Assembly (NCBI RefSeq): GCF_035084215.1
Contig: NC_090334.1
Location: 62,992,001-63,056,000 of the forward strand
Source: Heptranchias perlo
Lineage: Eukaryota
DNA length: 64,000 bases
Direction of reading: 5' to 3'
Below are positions 63,206-64,000 of the stretch, piece by piece. The notes under the pieces are model-generated. The model ran no database searches and was not told the origin of the DNA. It worked only from the letters and a program-made list of their open reading frames with translations. A program made the translations under genes and the position numbers. Position 1 is the first letter of the stretch, and the number at the start of each line of letters is the position of its first letter.

Positions 63206-64000
63206 GTAAGTTTCTGTCACATGGCCGTTGCTATCGACATTAAATCAGATTATTTTTCAGTCTGCTTTGTAATGGACTTTGTAGTGTAGGAACTGTTGGG
63301 AATTGGTTGAAGCCTGTCAGCAGGAGTTGGGTCAATGGGCAATTCTAGCATTTAAAAGCACAGGCTGCACTTCTCAGTGTTGGCTTTTGATGCAGACTGG
63401 CTGCTCCATGTATTTTACCCAATTGTCTGCACTCTTCCGCACTACTTTTTGTAGTTACTGGCATCCTCCTGTTGCTCCTCACTTCCCTCCCCCAAAAATA
63501 TTTTTTTTAGTAATGGCCTTCATTAGCAATTCCAAAAATCCGATGATCTCTGTTCCCTTTTTAAGGGAACAGATTCCCAAAGGTAGAAATGAAAATTGTA
63601 TGGGGCCGAACATACAAAATTGATGGGCAGGAAAAGACCAGCTGGTCCATCAAGCCTGCGCCATGCCTCATGACAGCTGGAGCATCATGGCTAAACACAT
63701 CCTCACACCCGCCTGCCCCCCGCAGCCATGTAATCTCTTGGAAGAGGCAAAAACCCAGGGCCAATAAGGAGGGGAGAAATACTCCTAGAAAATTCCTCTC
63801 CGACTGCCAAAGGATTAAATGGACGGCAGCACCATTGCTACTATCTCACATGTAATCCTTCAGTGCTGCTGGCCGCTGGAGCAGGAAAAAGTCAGATGTT
63901 GTTTTCTGGAGTGGAGGTGCCAGGTTTAGATAAAGAACCTACTGCTGATCACTGTGTGTGAGGCTGGGAGAGGGCAATGAGAGAAAAGTCAAAGAAGGAA

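Overview
Eukaryotic genomic DNA from a vertebrate, most likely a cartilaginous fish (shark-like) judging by its repeat families. It is not prokaryotic, so most ORFs in the six-frame track are spurious or transposon debris. Four spliced genes can be read in the same order as on human 14q32: ITPK1 (- strand; first coding exon 26723-26817, 25-bp micro-exon 4551-4575, rest beyond the left edge), LYSET/TMEM251 (+; 131-aa CDS 38755-39150), GON7/C14orf142 (-; two exons giving 99 aa, not captured as a whole by the ORF track) and UBR7 (+; exons 1-3). GON7 and UBR7 share a bidirectional promoter region of about 255 bp between their ATGs. The rest is mostly CR1 and L2 LINE fragments (one near-full-length CR1), a Tx1-like fragment, Deu-domain and AmnSINE2-like SINEs, and two PIF/Harbinger derivatives with 3-bp TSDs. 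The most unusual structures are a young Penelope-like insertion that folds back as a ~440-bp inverted repeat with a minimal hammerhead ribozyme in each arm, an unexplained 60-bp-arm hairpin in an ITPK1 intron, a short templated insertion copied from ~950 bp away, and a 30-copy G/C-rich minisatellite in UBR7 intron 1. I found no evidence for a wholly new multi-gene system. Gene identities come from remembered orthologue sequences, not from a search. Repeat boundaries were judged by eye and are approximate unless TSDs are quoted.
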